This document shows, in pieces, positions 1-9,654 of a stretch of 64,000 bases of DNA. The notes under the pieces were generated by a model. The model made no database searches, had not been told where the DNA came from, and worked only from the letters and a program-made list of their open reading frames with translations. The number at the start of each line of letters is the position of its first letter. Position 1 is the first letter of the stretch. The position numbers and the translations under genes are program-made. Location: NCBI GenBank assembly GCA_030591525.1, contig JAUVAV010000009.1, positions 16,805-80,804 of the forward strand, in the 5' to 3' direction. The stretch comes from a candidate division FCPU426 bacterium (GTDB lineage Bacteria > Oederibacteriota > JAAXVQ01 > JAUVAV01).

Positions 1-19
1 ATTCAAACATGCCTGCTCC

Positions 20-898
20 TCACACCTCTATCCTTACGATCCGGCTGATAATCCAAGCGCCGATAATCTCCATGACCAGCCCGGCTCCCAGCATAACCAT
101 ACCCAGAGGATGACGGCAAAAGTTTGAAATTAATTCCGGATCCAAAAACCCTAACCCGATCAACAGCCCCAGGGGCAATAATCCCACGACCCAGCCTGAC
201 ATCTTGCCCTGCGCGGTCAAGGATGCAATCCGCCCTTTCAAACGAAACCGCTCCCTGATGGTTTCTATCTGACGGCCGGCCACCTCGGCCAGATTCCCGC
301 CGGTGCGCAGAGAAACCCCGGCCGCTACCACAAATAATTCCAGATCCTTATTATCCCATCGCTTGAGCATTTTTTCCAAGGCTTCCAGGGGCGGTAAACC
401 CAGGCGGCAATCCCGGACTACTTCTCCAAATTCCTCGGAAATCGGGCGCAAAGCTTCCTGGGCTACGACTTCCAAAGCCTGGACCAGCGATAGTCCGGCC
501 CGCAGGGAATTAGTGATTAATTCCAAAGCGTCCGGAAGCTGTATCTCCAGAGCATGAAATCGCCGGCCCTGCCAGATCGTCAGAATGAAAAGCGGGAATA
601 GAAAACCACCCGCGGCTGCCACTAATACCAGCAGGTAGGCTGCCGGAGAAGCCTGGGAGGCGTAGACCATTAAAAAACTACCCAGGCCCAGCAAAAACGC
701 CCCGGCCAAGCGCCAGCGATAAATCCGGCGATCATCCCAGCGCCGGCTGCCCTCTGGCTGCAGGCCGGAGGTACGGCGTATACTTCCGGCCTGCAGCCGG
801 GCCATAAATGCCACCCAGCGGCCGCGCCAGCCGGATTGCAATACCAAAACCGCCAGATAAACCGAGATAAAAATGAGAATGATAATGCTGTATTTCAC
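20..898 (-). CDS. tadB: Tad pilus inner-membrane platform protein TadB (T2SS F family)
   Basis: Motifs QLPDALELITNSLRAGLSL, TGGNLAE and LTAQGKMSGWVVGLLP; several TM segments; directly downstream of the CpaF ATPase. Confidence 0.9.
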   Translation of the reverse strand: MKYSIIILIFISVYLAVLVLQSGWRGRWVAFMARLQAGSIRRTSGLQPEGSRRWDDRRIYRWRLAGAFLLGLGSFLMVYASQASPAAYLLVLVAAAGGFLFPLFILTIWQGRRFHALEIQLPDALELITNSLRAGLSLVQALEVVAQEALRPISEEFGEVVRDCRLGLPPLEALEKMLKRWDNKDLELFVVAAGVSLRTGGNLAEVAGRQIETIRERFRLKGRIASLTAQGKMSGWVVGLLPLGLLIGLGFLDPELISNFCRHPLGMVMLGAGLVMEIIGAWIISRIVRIEV

Positions 899-904
899 GT
901 TTTC

Positions 905-3004
905 CTACTTCCTTTTGAAAATATCCGCCCGGACTTCAATGCCGCGTGTGACCAGCTCTTTTACAAATCCGGGCATATAACCGGCAGCCTTAAACTCTCC
1001 CTGCACCCGTCCGGCCTGGTCCAGACCGGTTTGTTTATAGATAAAAATATCCTTTAATACTATCTTGCCATCTTCCATGCCCGCTACTTCGGAAACCCTG
1101 GTCACTTTGCGCGAACCATCCTGAAGCCGGGACTGCTGTACAATAATATCCACAGCACCGGCAATCTGCTCGCGAATGGCCCTGACCGGCAGGTCCATAC
1201 CCGACATCAGGACCATGGTCTCCAGGCGGGTAATAGTATCGTGCGGCGAATTGGCATGCACCGTAGTGAGGGATCCGTCATGCCCGGTGTTCATGGCCTG
1301 CAGCATATCCAGCGCTTCTCCGCCCCGGCACTCGCCCACTACTATCCGGTCCGGCCGCATGCGCAGGCAATTACGCACCAGGTCCCGGATGGTAATTGCG
1401 CCCTGTCCTTCGATATTCGCGGACCGGGTCTCCAGAATCACAACATGCTGCTGGGGCAGATTCAATTCCGCGGTATCCTCGACTGTTACAATTCGTTCAC
1501 TTTCGGGTATATAAGCCGCTGCAATATTCAGCAGCGTGGTCTTGCCGGACCCGGTTCCACCGGAAATCACAATGTTTTTCCGGCCCCGCACGCAGGCTCC
1601 CAGAAATTCCGCCAAGGCCCGGTTAAGCGAGCCGAATTTTATTAAATCATCTACCCGGAGTCTTTGCTGCGAAAATTTCCGAATGGTCAGGGCCGGCCCT
1701 TTAAGCGCCAGGGGCGGAATAATCGCATTCACCCGCGAACCATCGGCCAGACGGGCATCCACGTACGGCTGACTCTCGTCTATCCGGCGGCCCAGCGGAG
1801 CAACAATGCGTTCAATCACGGTCATTAATTGCTTATCACTTAAAAAATGCCGGTCGGATAAAATCAGTTTTCCCGCTTTCTCAATGTATATTTGCTCCCG
1901 CCGGTTGACCATAATCTCCGTAACTTCGGGATCGCGCATAAGATTTTCCAGGGGACCAAGTCCCAAAACCTCGTCCACAACCTCCTGAACTAATTTTTCA
2001 CGCGCCTCCCGCCGGGTTAATTCCGGGACTTCCAAAGCCATCAGAGAAGCTACCACTGCCTCGACTTTTTCGCGCAGCAGAATCTGTCCCGCCGGGGCCG
2101 CGATCGTTTCGGAAGCCAGGGCCTTCAATTCGCTATTTTCCAAAACCAGATTATGAATTCGTTCCTTGATCTGCCCATAATCCGGTTTTGTTCCAGAGGG
2201 TTTGATATCTATGCCCGCTTCCGGACCCGGGGAGGCCTGAACGGACCCGGGTTCAATTTCCGCCAGCCGGCGCGCGAGCTCTTTAACTGCTTTAGCAAAA
2301 GGAGAGTTCGGAAACATGGCAATCAATTCACGCTGTTGGTTCAGGGCTTCGGTCGTTCGAAGATCAAATGGTATGTTGGCCAATACTTTATGACCGGGCA
2401 AGGCTTTTTCCATATCCTCGGGCCGCAGCGCTCCCGGCATATCGGCCCGATTCAGAATTAAGCCGATCTTAGCTGCCGGGAATTTCAGTTCCTGGTAATG
2501 CAAAACATGCTCCCGCTCCTGTTTTAATCCCACCAGATCCGGGGAACAAACCAGCAAAATTCGGTCACCCACATCCAACACGTTCAGTGCCAGGGAATCC
2601 CATCCGGTCAGCCCGTCAACCACTACAAAATCATAGGCCATCCGGAACAGTTCCAGGGCCCGCAAAATCTGATGGCTGGCGACCCCCATGGCGCCCGGTT
2701 CGCTTTCCGCCAATACCGCAACCTCTACTCCGCTCCGGGATCTGGGAAAGTAACCCCGGATAGTATTTTCATCGAAACGCGCGAGATTCCCGCTAAGTTC
2801 GGCCAAGGTCGGACCAACCGCCAGACCCCAGCGAAGATTATGTTCCCCACGAGCCTGGGGATCCAGGTCAAAAAGCATTACCCGGGACCTGCCGCGCCGG
2901 CCCAGCATGGCCGCTAAATTCTGGGCGAGCAAACTTTTACCCTCGCCGGCTTTACCGCCGTGAAATATGATTACGCGTCCGTTGGTTGTTTCCGCTTTGG
3001 TCAT
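905..3004 (-). CDS. cpaF: Fused CpaE/TadZ (MinD/ParA-like) and CpaF/TadA pilus ATPase
   Basis: N-terminal part has deviant Walker A GGKAGEGKS plus DLDPQ and YDFVVVD. C-terminal part has GGTGSGKTT, VEDTAEL, RMRPDRIVVGECRG and MNTGHDGSLTTVHAN. One uninterrupted 699-aa ORF. Confidence 0.92.
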   Translation of the reverse strand: MTKAETTNGRVIIFHGGKAGEGKSLLAQNLAAMLGRRGRSRVMLFDLDPQARGEHNLRWGLAVGPTLAELSGNLARFDENTIRGYFPRSRSGVEVAVLAESEPGAMGVASHQILRALELFRMAYDFVVVDGLTGWDSLALNVLDVGDRILLVCSPDLVGLKQEREHVLHYQELKFPAAKIGLILNRADMPGALRPEDMEKALPGHKVLANIPFDLRTTEALNQQRELIAMFPNSPFAKAVKELARRLAEIEPGSVQASPGPEAGIDIKPSGTKPDYGQIKERIHNLVLENSELKALASETIAAPAGQILLREKVEAVVASLMALEVPELTRREAREKLVQEVVDEVLGLGPLENLMRDPEVTEIMVNRREQIYIEKAGKLILSDRHFLSDKQLMTVIERIVAPLGRRIDESQPYVDARLADGSRVNAIIPPLALKGPALTIRKFSQQRLRVDDLIKFGSLNRALAEFLGACVRGRKNIVISGGTGSGKTTLLNIAAAYIPESERIVTVEDTAELNLPQQHVVILETRSANIEGQGAITIRDLVRNCLRMRPDRIVVGECRGGEALDMLQAMNTGHDGSLTTVHANSPHDTITRLETMVLMSGMDLPVRAIREQIAGAVDIIVQQSRLQDGSRKVTRVSEVAGMEDGKIVLKDIFIYKQTGLDQAGRVQGEFKAAGYMPGFVKELVTRGIEVRADIFKRK

Positions 3005-3036
3005 ATCTTTTCCTTTACCGCCTGCCGGTATTGAGA

Positions 3037-4008
3037 TTACTTGCCTACAATATGCGGAGTAACAAATATCACGAGTTCTGACTCTTCCCGCCTGATCAGG
3101 GAAGATTTAAATAAATAACCCAGAATCGGCAATTCCGAAAGGATGGGCAGACCCTTATGGATAACCTGGTGTTTTTCCTGAATCAAGCCGCCGATGATCA
3201 CCGTGGTCCCGGGCTGAACATGTATGGTAGTGGAAGCCCAGCGCGTTTTAATGGCCGGATTGCCCTGTATCATATGGGTAAAATCCGCGTCCGAGAGCTC
3301 TGCCCGTATCTCCGCATTAATCGCGCCGGTATTGTCGGCCCGGGGCAGGACGTCCAGGCTGACACCATATTTTTTCCATTCCACGTTCATCTGTCCAGTG
3401 GAGCTCACAGTAGAAACCGGAATCTCACCGCCCGAGGAAAAACTGGCTTTCCGGCCGGAAAGCGTCAGTAGTTTGGGCCGGGCCAATATTTTCGCATTTC
3501 CCTTTTCTACCAGGAGCTTGAGTAATAGATCCAGCTGGCCGCGCTGCAAGGTTCCGATGCCTTTCAGCGGCATGCTGCTTTCCACCAGAGACAATTTTCC
3601 CGCCGGCCCGACCAGCCTTTCCCAGTCCAGTCCCAGGTCCATATTCTCTGTTTTAGCGATTTCCATTACTTGCACATCTATCTGGATCATGGTCTGGGCA
3701 GCCTTACCGGTCGTTACTATTACTGAAGATATTTGCTTGCGGCCGTCAGCCTGCCACACAATTAAACTGGTGGAACCGACGGCTTTACCGTTGATCAATA
3801 GTTCGCGGTCGCTGATCTGCGTTAAATCCGCGATTTCCGGATTTCCAATAGCCACCCGTTGGGAAGATTCCACATTTACCACCCTCGCGCTGCCCACGGT
3901 TATCCTGATATCCTTGCCGGCCCAGGCGGAAAAAGGCGCCATGCCTATAATCATCAGGGTTAAAATAATCCGCTCCCAGTTGCCGCTTTTACATAAGCTT
4001 TTCCTCAT
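3037..4008 (-). CDS. cpaC: Tad secretin CpaC/RcpA-like (compact, 323 aa)
   Basis: Signal peptide; N-domain RVAIGNPEIAD...GSTSLIVW; secretin domain ILARPKLLTLSGRKASF, GLPILSELPILGYLFK and ELVIFVTP. Confidence 0.88.
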   Translation of the reverse strand: MRKSLCKSGNWERIILTLMIIGMAPFSAWAGKDIRITVGSARVVNVESSQRVAIGNPEIADLTQISDRELLINGKAVGSTSLIVWQADGRKQISSVIVTTGKAAQTMIQIDVQVMEIAKTENMDLGLDWERLVGPAGKLSLVESSMPLKGIGTLQRGQLDLLLKLLVEKGNAKILARPKLLTLSGRKASFSSGGEIPVSTVSSTGQMNVEWKKYGVSLDVLPRADNTGAINAEIRAELSDADFTHMIQGNPAIKTRWASTTIHVQPGTTVIIGGLIQEKHQVIHKGLPILSELPILGYLFKSSLIRREESELVIFVTPHIVGK

Positions 4009-4113
4009 CCCAACCTCCCGCTTAATTCTAAGTATTAGTCATGCGTTTTCCCTTACCGGATTATTCCTCACTGTTGCAATCCCTCGAAAGCTGAGACATA
4101 CCACCCACGAGAC

Positions 4114-4141
4114 GTAGGGGCGCACAGCCGTGCGCCCCTAC
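4114..4141. repeat. GTAG-type REP-like palindrome
   Basis: GTAGGGGCGCACAGCCGTGCGCCCCTAC; same outer arms as copies at 58345, 59549, 61582 and 63573. Confidence 0.88.
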
Positions 4142-4169
4142 TATAACGAACGGGTATCATTTTCCCGCT

Positions 4170-4985
4170 TTATTGCACTCCCCGGATAATCCGGATTTTT
4201 CTCTTGGCCGGCTTGATTTCTTCCCGCCGGACTTTCATCAGCGGGCCCAGGACCGTACTTAAATTCTGGTCCGGCAAATCGATTAGATTATTATCCCCGA
4301 TTGATCGCAGAGCTAATTTCAAAAAACCTTCCTTCTCAGCCAGGGTCAAACGAACGGCATCCTCCGGCGTCACAGCCAGGCAAACCGTTATCGCTCTTCC
4401 TCCCCCGGAGAACGCGTCCGGCGAAGAAGGCGTTGGCTCATCCAGGGTGGTTTGCCCACCCACGGCGGTTATGGGGACATTCTGGATTAAAACCGCTGTG
4501 GTTGTCCGTTTGGCGTTTTTATATCTATGCTCAAAGGTCGCTAGCACATCCACGCGGTTACCGGGCTTTACATGTCCGCCCACAGCCGCGGCCGGATCAA
4601 GGGCCAGGGACACGATCCTCTGCCCCTCCGAAACCACGTCGGCAAAACCAGGACGGATTTTCGAGAGCTTGTTCGGAAGGATTTGCTCACCTTTAGCCAT
4701 TGGCACGACGGCAAACTGTCCCCGGAATTCCTGCCATTGCTTAACTACTCCCTTTTTATCCGGAGAAGAAATCGCCCCGGGCATAATATAAGCACCCGGA
4801 ATTTCGTCAATCCGAACTTTATCCGTGGTCAACACCGCGCCCCGGCTGATCGGCTTTTTAGCCACCAAGACCTTGACCGGCGTAACATCCGCCCTTACCT
4901 CGGCCTCTTTTTCCGTGATATAATAATATGTCATCAAGGCGGCAATCACGGCCAATAGCAGTGCAATCAAATTCTGTCTGCGCAT
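4170..4985 (-). CDS. cpaB: Flp pilus assembly protein CpaB/RcpC
   Basis: N-terminal TM; SAF-like VLVAKKPISRG; VGGHVKPGNRVDVL; LAVTPEDA...LKLALRS. Confidence 0.9.
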   Translation of the reverse strand: MRRQNLIALLLAVIAALMTYYYITEKEAEVRADVTPVKVLVAKKPISRGAVLTTDKVRIDEIPGAYIMPGAISSPDKKGVVKQWQEFRGQFAVVPMAKGEQILPNKLSKIRPGFADVVSEGQRIVSLALDPAAAVGGHVKPGNRVDVLATFEHRYKNAKRTTTAVLIQNVPITAVGGQTTLDEPTPSSPDAFSGGGRAITVCLAVTPEDAVRLTLAEKEGFLKLALRSIGDNNLIDLPDQNLSTVLGPLMKVRREEIKPAKRKIRIIRGVQ

Positions 4986-5040
4986 AAAAATCCTCCTAAG
5001 TCTCGGTACCGGCCCACGGGTTCATGGGCACGCGAAATCT

Positions 5041-5071
5041 GTAACGGGCGGACATGGAAGTCCACCCCTAC
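5041..5071 (-). repeat. Degenerate GTAG-type REP-like hairpin
   Basis: Minus strand reads GTAGGGGTGGACTTCCATGTCCGCCCGTTAC, an imperfect palindrome beginning GTAGGGG. Confidence 0.65.
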
Positions 5072-5116
5072 CAAAAACGTCATTATCACACTGTAGGGGG
5101 CCGGCAAACTACATAT

Positions 5117-5899
5117 TCACCGCATCTTGCTTTTAATATGTTCATCCACGTCGTCAAGCGGCTGAACCAGGCGCACGCGCCAATTATGATTCCAGGGCGA
5201 TGACCCGGTCATGACTGTATCATGAATTTCCGCCCGGCCGCGGGTTACCAGATCCGGCAGTTGCAGGTTTAAGCGCCGGCCGCCGATAATCGCATCCCGG
5301 ATCTGCCACTCCACGCGGGACTGCACTGCCCAGGGAGTTTCGATCGGCTCAAATTTCGTCAGCAGAGGAGCCCCCAATGGCACCGGAACCGGCTCCGGCG
5401 GCGGCGGAACATAATAACAACACAAGGACTCGGAAATAATCAAAAGCGGATTAATCTTCCAGGAGTATATTCCCAGCTTGGTGGACTCATTATCCAGTCC
5501 GTTTTCCGATCTGATACGGTTAATTATAGCTTTTATTTGGTTATTATATTTAAAAATCTCCGTCTTGATTACCGCCGGATTGGCAGCCAGCCCCAGGTTA
5601 TATAACCAGACATCCAGGATGGTATAAGGAATCGTCCGCTTGGTCCTTCCCACTAGTATGCCGTACTCAATTACACCGTTGATCTCCGTAATTTTGTTCA
5701 AAACCCGGGCCTGCCTGGCGGCTACGGACAGGGCCAGGGCATCAGCCGCGTTCTGGGCCCGGACCTTCATGGCGGCCAAATAAATAACATTTACCAAAAC
5801 CAGAGTAAACATGGTCAGCAACATCATCATGATTATTGTCATATATAAAATCTGGGCTTTTTCCTCTTGCCGCAAGCGCGGCCAGGTTTTGCTTTTCAT
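5117..5899 (-). CDS. Tad-domain (TadG-like) pseudopilin/adhesin
   Basis: Basic leader, hydrophobic helix, then the AQNAADALALS motif typical of TadG-like N-termini; overlaps tadE by 4 bp. Confidence 0.7.
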   Translation of the reverse strand: MKSKTWPRLRQEEKAQILYMTIIMMMLLTMFTLVLVNVIYLAAMKVRAQNAADALALSVAARQARVLNKITEINGVIEYGILVGRTKRTIPYTILDVWLYNLGLAANPAVIKTEIFKYNNQIKAIINRIRSENGLDNESTKLGIYSWKINPLLIISESLCCYYVPPPPEPVPVPLGAPLLTKFEPIETPWAVQSRVEWQIRDAIIGGRRLNLQLPDLVTRGRAEIHDTVMTGSSPWNHNWRVRLVQPLDDVDEHIKSKMR

Positions 5900-6261
5900 C
5901 GAGGTTCGGTCCGAAAAAGGTCTGCCGGACAGGTATGCCTAACCTGGATATCCTTAATTACCGCGAAAATCGGTTTTAAGTGGTGGGTGACAATGTACCC
6001 TTGCCTCTGGCAAATGAATTCGGTTGGTCCCGGACTCAGCGAACGGCAAATCTCCCCAGCCACGCGCTTGGCATTAAACGTATCACCCTGGTCCATCCAG
6101 GCCTGGCGTCCAGCTTCATAGACCGCATCCTGTACCACAATATGGGCAATTCCTATCTGCACCAACTGGACGCAGCCCATAAAAAGAATGATCAGAATAG
6201 GAAGCGCTACTGCCGCTTCAATTAAAAGTTGGCCTTTCTGATCTCTTTTTAAATTCAACAT
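5896..6261 (-). CDS. tadE: TadE-like pseudopilin
   Basis: KG|QLLIEAAVALP prepilin-type cleavage site with E+5; AVYEAGR motif. Confidence 0.85.
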   Translation of the reverse strand: MLNLKRDQKGQLLIEAAVALPILIILFMGCVQLVQIGIAHIVVQDAVYEAGRQAWMDQGDTFNAKRVAGEICRSLSPGPTEFICQRQGYIVTHHLKPIFAVIKDIQVRHTCPADLFRTEPR

Positions 6262-6352
6262 ACTGCCGGCCTGCTCCTTCAGTATAAAAATATTGCTCCT
6301 TTATATTATTAGACCTGGTTCCTCTGGTTTTCATTCAAAATTTAATATTGTT

Positions 6353-7930
6353 TTAGCGCACCACTACTATTTTGCGTTTTTTCTCGAAATCATCGGTTTT
6401 GGTATAAACTATATAAATACCGCTGGGAACCACCTGTCCCTTCCGGTCAATACCATCCCATACAGTCTCAAAGGTGCCCGCATTCATTACTCTATCAACC
6501 AGGGTTTTAACCAGTTTGCCGCCCCGGGTAAATATTTTGACAAGGACACGCTGAGTCCGATCTATCCTTATGGTAATGCGTACGGGCTGCCCAGTACTGG
6601 TTCGCAGCACATTCGGATGAACTATGAAAGGGCCTGCGGGAATAGCGGGCGTCAATTTTACAACCGCGGGAGTTTTAGTTACTACCGGCGCAACCTCCGT
6701 GGGCGTAGGGGACGGAGTACTTATCAGCGTAGAAACCGGAGTTGGTGTGGATACCACATAATATGCGGCATAGATTTGCAGAGCCGTTCCCGTTCCACTC
6801 TCCACCTCTTGCCAGCTCACATACGGTGTGTCGTTGTAAACAGCTATGGCGGGAGAATATGCGTTTTTTTCCGAATCGATATTTAAACTCCCTCCATCCT
6901 GCACCCATTTGGTTTCATTATTATCATAATGCTTGACATAGATTTGTTCGGCAGTTCCGTCACTCTCTTGCCAGCTCACATACGGTGTGCCGTCGTAAAC
7001 AGCTATGGCAGGAGAATATGCATCCTTGGATGTAATTACATTCAAACTTCCTCCATCCTGCACCCATTCGGTTTTATTATTATCATAATGCTTGACATAG
7101 ATTTGCTGGACCGTTCCGTTGTTCTCTTGCCAGCTCACATACGGTGTGCCGTTGTAAACAGCTATAGCGGGAGATCCCGCGTTTTCTGATTCAATTACAT
7201 TCAAACTCTCTCCCCCCACCCATAGGGACCCTTCCAAATATTTGACATAGATTTGATTCTTACTTCCGTTACTCTCTTGCCAGCTCACATACGGCGTGCC
7301 GTTGTAAACCGCTATGGCAGGAGATTCCGCGCTTTTTAATTCATCTACATTCAAACTCTTTGCCCCCCCCACCCATAGGGACCCTTCCAAATATTTGACA
7401 TAGATTTGATTCTTACTTCCGTTACTCTCTTGCCAGCTCACATACGGCGTGTCATTGTAAAAGGCTATGGCAGGAGATCCCGCGTTTTGAGATGGATCGT
7501 TAGTTAAACTCCCTACATCCAGTACCCATTCGCTCTTATTGTAATGTCTTACATTAATTTCGCTCAAACCGCTTACATTATCATACCAGCACACGTACAC
7601 CGTGCCCGCAGAGGATATAGCAATATCCGAGCTATGACACTGAATATTACAATTCCAACTTTCGCCATGACTCGACCAGGTATTGCCTTCAGCGTCAAAA
7701 CATTTGACGCAAATACTGTTTGTTTCCGCGTCGGGGTCATACTCGATCCAGTTTACATACGGTGTACCATTATATATAGCCAGACGTGGTGAATAAGCAT
7801 TGTTGTCCTTGTTCAAGTTTAGCGCTTCTTTTTCTTGACCAGCCTGTACCCAAGTCCTCTCTGTTGCCACGGCCCTGGCACTAAGCGCCAAGCACATAAG
7901 CATGGGTATAAAAAGAATACTTTTTCGCAT
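6353..7930 (-). CDS. Secreted repeat (probable beta-propeller) protein with Pro/Thr linker and C-terminal FlgD-Ig-like domain
   Basis: ATG at 7930 with GGAGG RBS; signal peptide MRKSILF...ARA; about seven 50-53 aa repeats (SPAIAVYNGTPYVSWQE...QIYVKHY); PTP linker; C-terminal GKLVKTL..WDG.D..G..VPSGIY..KIVVVR. Confidence 0.8.
   Translation of the reverse strand: MRKSILFIPMLMCLALSARAVATERTWVQAGQEKEALNLNKDNNAYSPRLAIYNGTPYVNWIEYDPDAETNSICVKCFDAEGNTWSSHGESWNCNIQCHSSDIAISSAGTVYVCWYDNVSGLSEINVRHYNKSEWVLDVGSLTNDPSQNAGSPAIAFYNDTPYVSWQESNGSKNQIYVKYLEGSLWVGGAKSLNVDELKSAESPAIAVYNGTPYVSWQESNGSKNQIYVKYLEGSLWVGGESLNVIESENAGSPAIAVYNGTPYVSWQENNGTVQQIYVKHYDNNKTEWVQDGGSLNVITSKDAYSPAIAVYDGTPYVSWQESDGTAEQIYVKHYDNNETKWVQDGGSLNIDSEKNAYSPAIAVYNDTPYVSWQEVESGTGTALQIYAAYYVVSTPTPVSTLISTPSPTPTEVAPVVTKTPAVVKLTPAIPAGPFIVHPNVLRTSTGQPVRITIRIDRTQRVLVKIFTRGGKLVKTLVDRVMNAGTFETVWDGIDRKGQVVPSGIYIVYTKTDDFEKKRKIVVVR
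6806..7451. repeat. Intragenic tandem repeats, 150-159 bp period
   Basis: CTCTTGCCAGCTCACATACGG recurs at 6806, 6965, 7124, 7274 and 7427. Confidence 0.92.
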
Positions 7931-8258
7931 TTTAAACGCCTCCTTTTTATATTCCCTACTGTAATGAATAACTCGGCGCCCCAGCGCAGGAGCTGCCCTC
8001 AATTCCCATTCCTCCCGGAAGCATCGCTGATTTTAACCGCCTATTTAATTATCATTCATTTTCTTCCGGATTTCAATCCCAGAATTCATCCCAACCAACT
8101 TTCTCTAAATCAGCATAATCTATTAGCCGTTAGTTATGGCATAACCGGCATAGGAAAAGCACGCAATCATCGCGATTATAAGTTGCACTTTAAGTATAAT
8201 TGAGCAATGATATAAAAAATTCTCTTCAGATTCCCGGAATAAAAGGAGGCTGACAAGC

Positions 8259-8876
8259 ATGAATAAAATGAATTTTATCATCCTGGCTTTTCTGGTTGCG
8301 GCTATCGGCCTGGTGCTGTTTCTCAGCCATCCCCGGAGTCTTAAAAAATACGATTACTTGAAAAATCCCCGGATCACAACCCTGCCCCGTCAAAAAATGA
8401 TCATTGTGGAGGCCCAGGGCGATCCGGCAATAATCTCGGAAAAATCCATTTCCCTTCTGTTTAAAACCTTCTTTTCATTTAAGCATGCTGTTAAAGGATT
8501 AAAATATACCCCTCCCCGGGCACGCTGGCCCAAGCCTTTTGATGCACCGCAAGAGGAATGGATCGGGATTTTCGGATTGGCCGTGCCCGAGGCGGTTGCA
8601 AGTCTGCCGGAATCAATCCAAAAAAAGCATCCTTCAATTAAACTTGCCTATTGGGAGTACGGTGAAGTCGCTGAAATTCTGCATATCGGAGCCTACAGCG
8701 AAGCCAGCGCCACGCGGGCCCGGCTCCATGAATTCATTAAGACCCGTGGATATCAGCCAATCGGCGCGCCGGAGGAGATATATATCAAAGGACCCGGCAA
8801 GTTTTTTAAAAGCTATACCAAAAAACTCCGGACCATTCTCCGGCAGCGAATTGAAAAAAATGAAGTCTCCCCATAG
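8259..8876 (+). CDS. GyrI-like small-molecule-binding domain protein with N-terminal membrane anchor
   Basis: AGGAGG RBS; hydrophobic N-terminus; VAEILHIGAYSE and EEIYIKGPG motifs. Confidence 0.75.
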   Translation: MNKMNFIILAFLVAAIGLVLFLSHPRSLKKYDYLKNPRITTLPRQKMIIVEAQGDPAIISEKSISLLFKTFFSFKHAVKGLKYTPPRARWPKPFDAPQEEWIGIFGLAVPEAVASLPESIQKKHPSIKLAYWEYGEVAEILHIGAYSEASATRARLHEFIKTRGYQPIGAPEEIYIKGPGKFFKSYTKKLRTILRQRIEKNEVSP

Positions 8877-9654
8877 CCGGCTTCATCCTTATATTTTTTT
8901 CCTGCTTTTCTGCTGGGGTGTTTCGGCGTCCTCGCCCGTCCCGGCCGAGGAACAGACCAGCTGTATCTGGTCCCATGTGGGTGAAGAACTCCTGGCAATA
9001 GGCGCCTCGCCTCTGAAAGGATCCTGGTCCGATTATCTGCTGGCTTCCGGAATAGCCGGAGGCCTGGCCATAGCGCTAAACAATGATATCAACTGGTACG
9101 CGCAGATACAAGACCATCGGACCGAATGCCAAGACCATCTAATGCCGGCTGCCTCGCTTTTAGGCGATGGTTTTATACATCTGGTTGGATGCGCCGCCTT
9201 GTACAAATTTGGAAACGAGCATGACCGGAAAACCGCCGCCCTGGCTTTGGAAGGACAAATTAATGTCGCACTTATGGCATTCTTGTTAAAAGCCGCTTTC
9301 AGTGCCACACGTCCGGCAACCGATAACTCTCAACGCCATTGGTTTACCTTCTCTTTAAATCACTCAAGTTTTCCTTCCGGACATACTATGAGCGCTTTCT
9401 GCGGCGCTGTCATCTTAGGGCAAGCCTATCATCTGCAATGGGTCACTTATCCCCTGGCCGCGTTAGTGGCCTATTCCCGGATTTATAATCAAAGACATTG
9501 GCCGGCGGACGTGATCGCCGGTGCCGGACTCGGCCTTTTGATTGGGCATACGGTTCTGGGCTTCCATCGCGGCCAATCAAAAAAACCGGGCATTCATTTT
9601 TCAGTCCGGCCGGCCCGGGATGGCGGCCACATGGTGATCTCATGGTTGTTTTGA
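8860..9654 (+). CDS. PAP2-family phosphatase
   Basis: K-x6-RP, SFPSGH and SRIYNQRHWPADV motifs; likely start ATG 8860 overlapping the upstream gene. Confidence 0.88.
   Translation: MKSPHSRLHPYIFFLLFCWGVSASSPVPAEEQTSCIWSHVGEELLAIGASPLKGSWSDYLLASGIAGGLAIALNNDINWYAQIQDHRTECQDHLMPAASLLGDGFIHLVGCAALYKFGNEHDRKTAALALEGQINVALMAFLLKAAFSATRPATDNSQRHWFTFSLNHSSFPSGHTMSAFCGAVILGQAYHLQWVTYPLAALVAYSRIYNQRHWPADVIAGAGLGLLIGHTVLGFHRGQSKKPGIHFSVRPARDGGHMVISWLF

Noticed and set aside
3224..4117. 297-aa plus-strand ORF and other long antisense ORFs (4204-4791, 14905-15579, 18709-19407, 21174-21800)
   Set aside because: They lie opposite well-supported genes and show no recognisable motifs; treated as shadow ORFs.
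6806..7451. Repeats as a CRISPR array or a diversity-generating retroelement template/variable pair
   Set aside because: The units are in-frame protein repeats with homologous intervening sequence, the differences do not appear adenine-specific, and no cas or reverse transcriptase gene is present.
7931..8258. Riboswitch (for example c-di-GMP) in the divergent intergenic region
   Set aside because: No recognisable aptamer consensus by eye; an Rfam scan would be needed to exclude it.
8539..8859. N-terminal extensions of the PAP2 ORF (and 9498-9641 of the porin-like ORF)
   Set aside because: They overlap the upstream genes extensively; downstream starts give signal-like N-termini.
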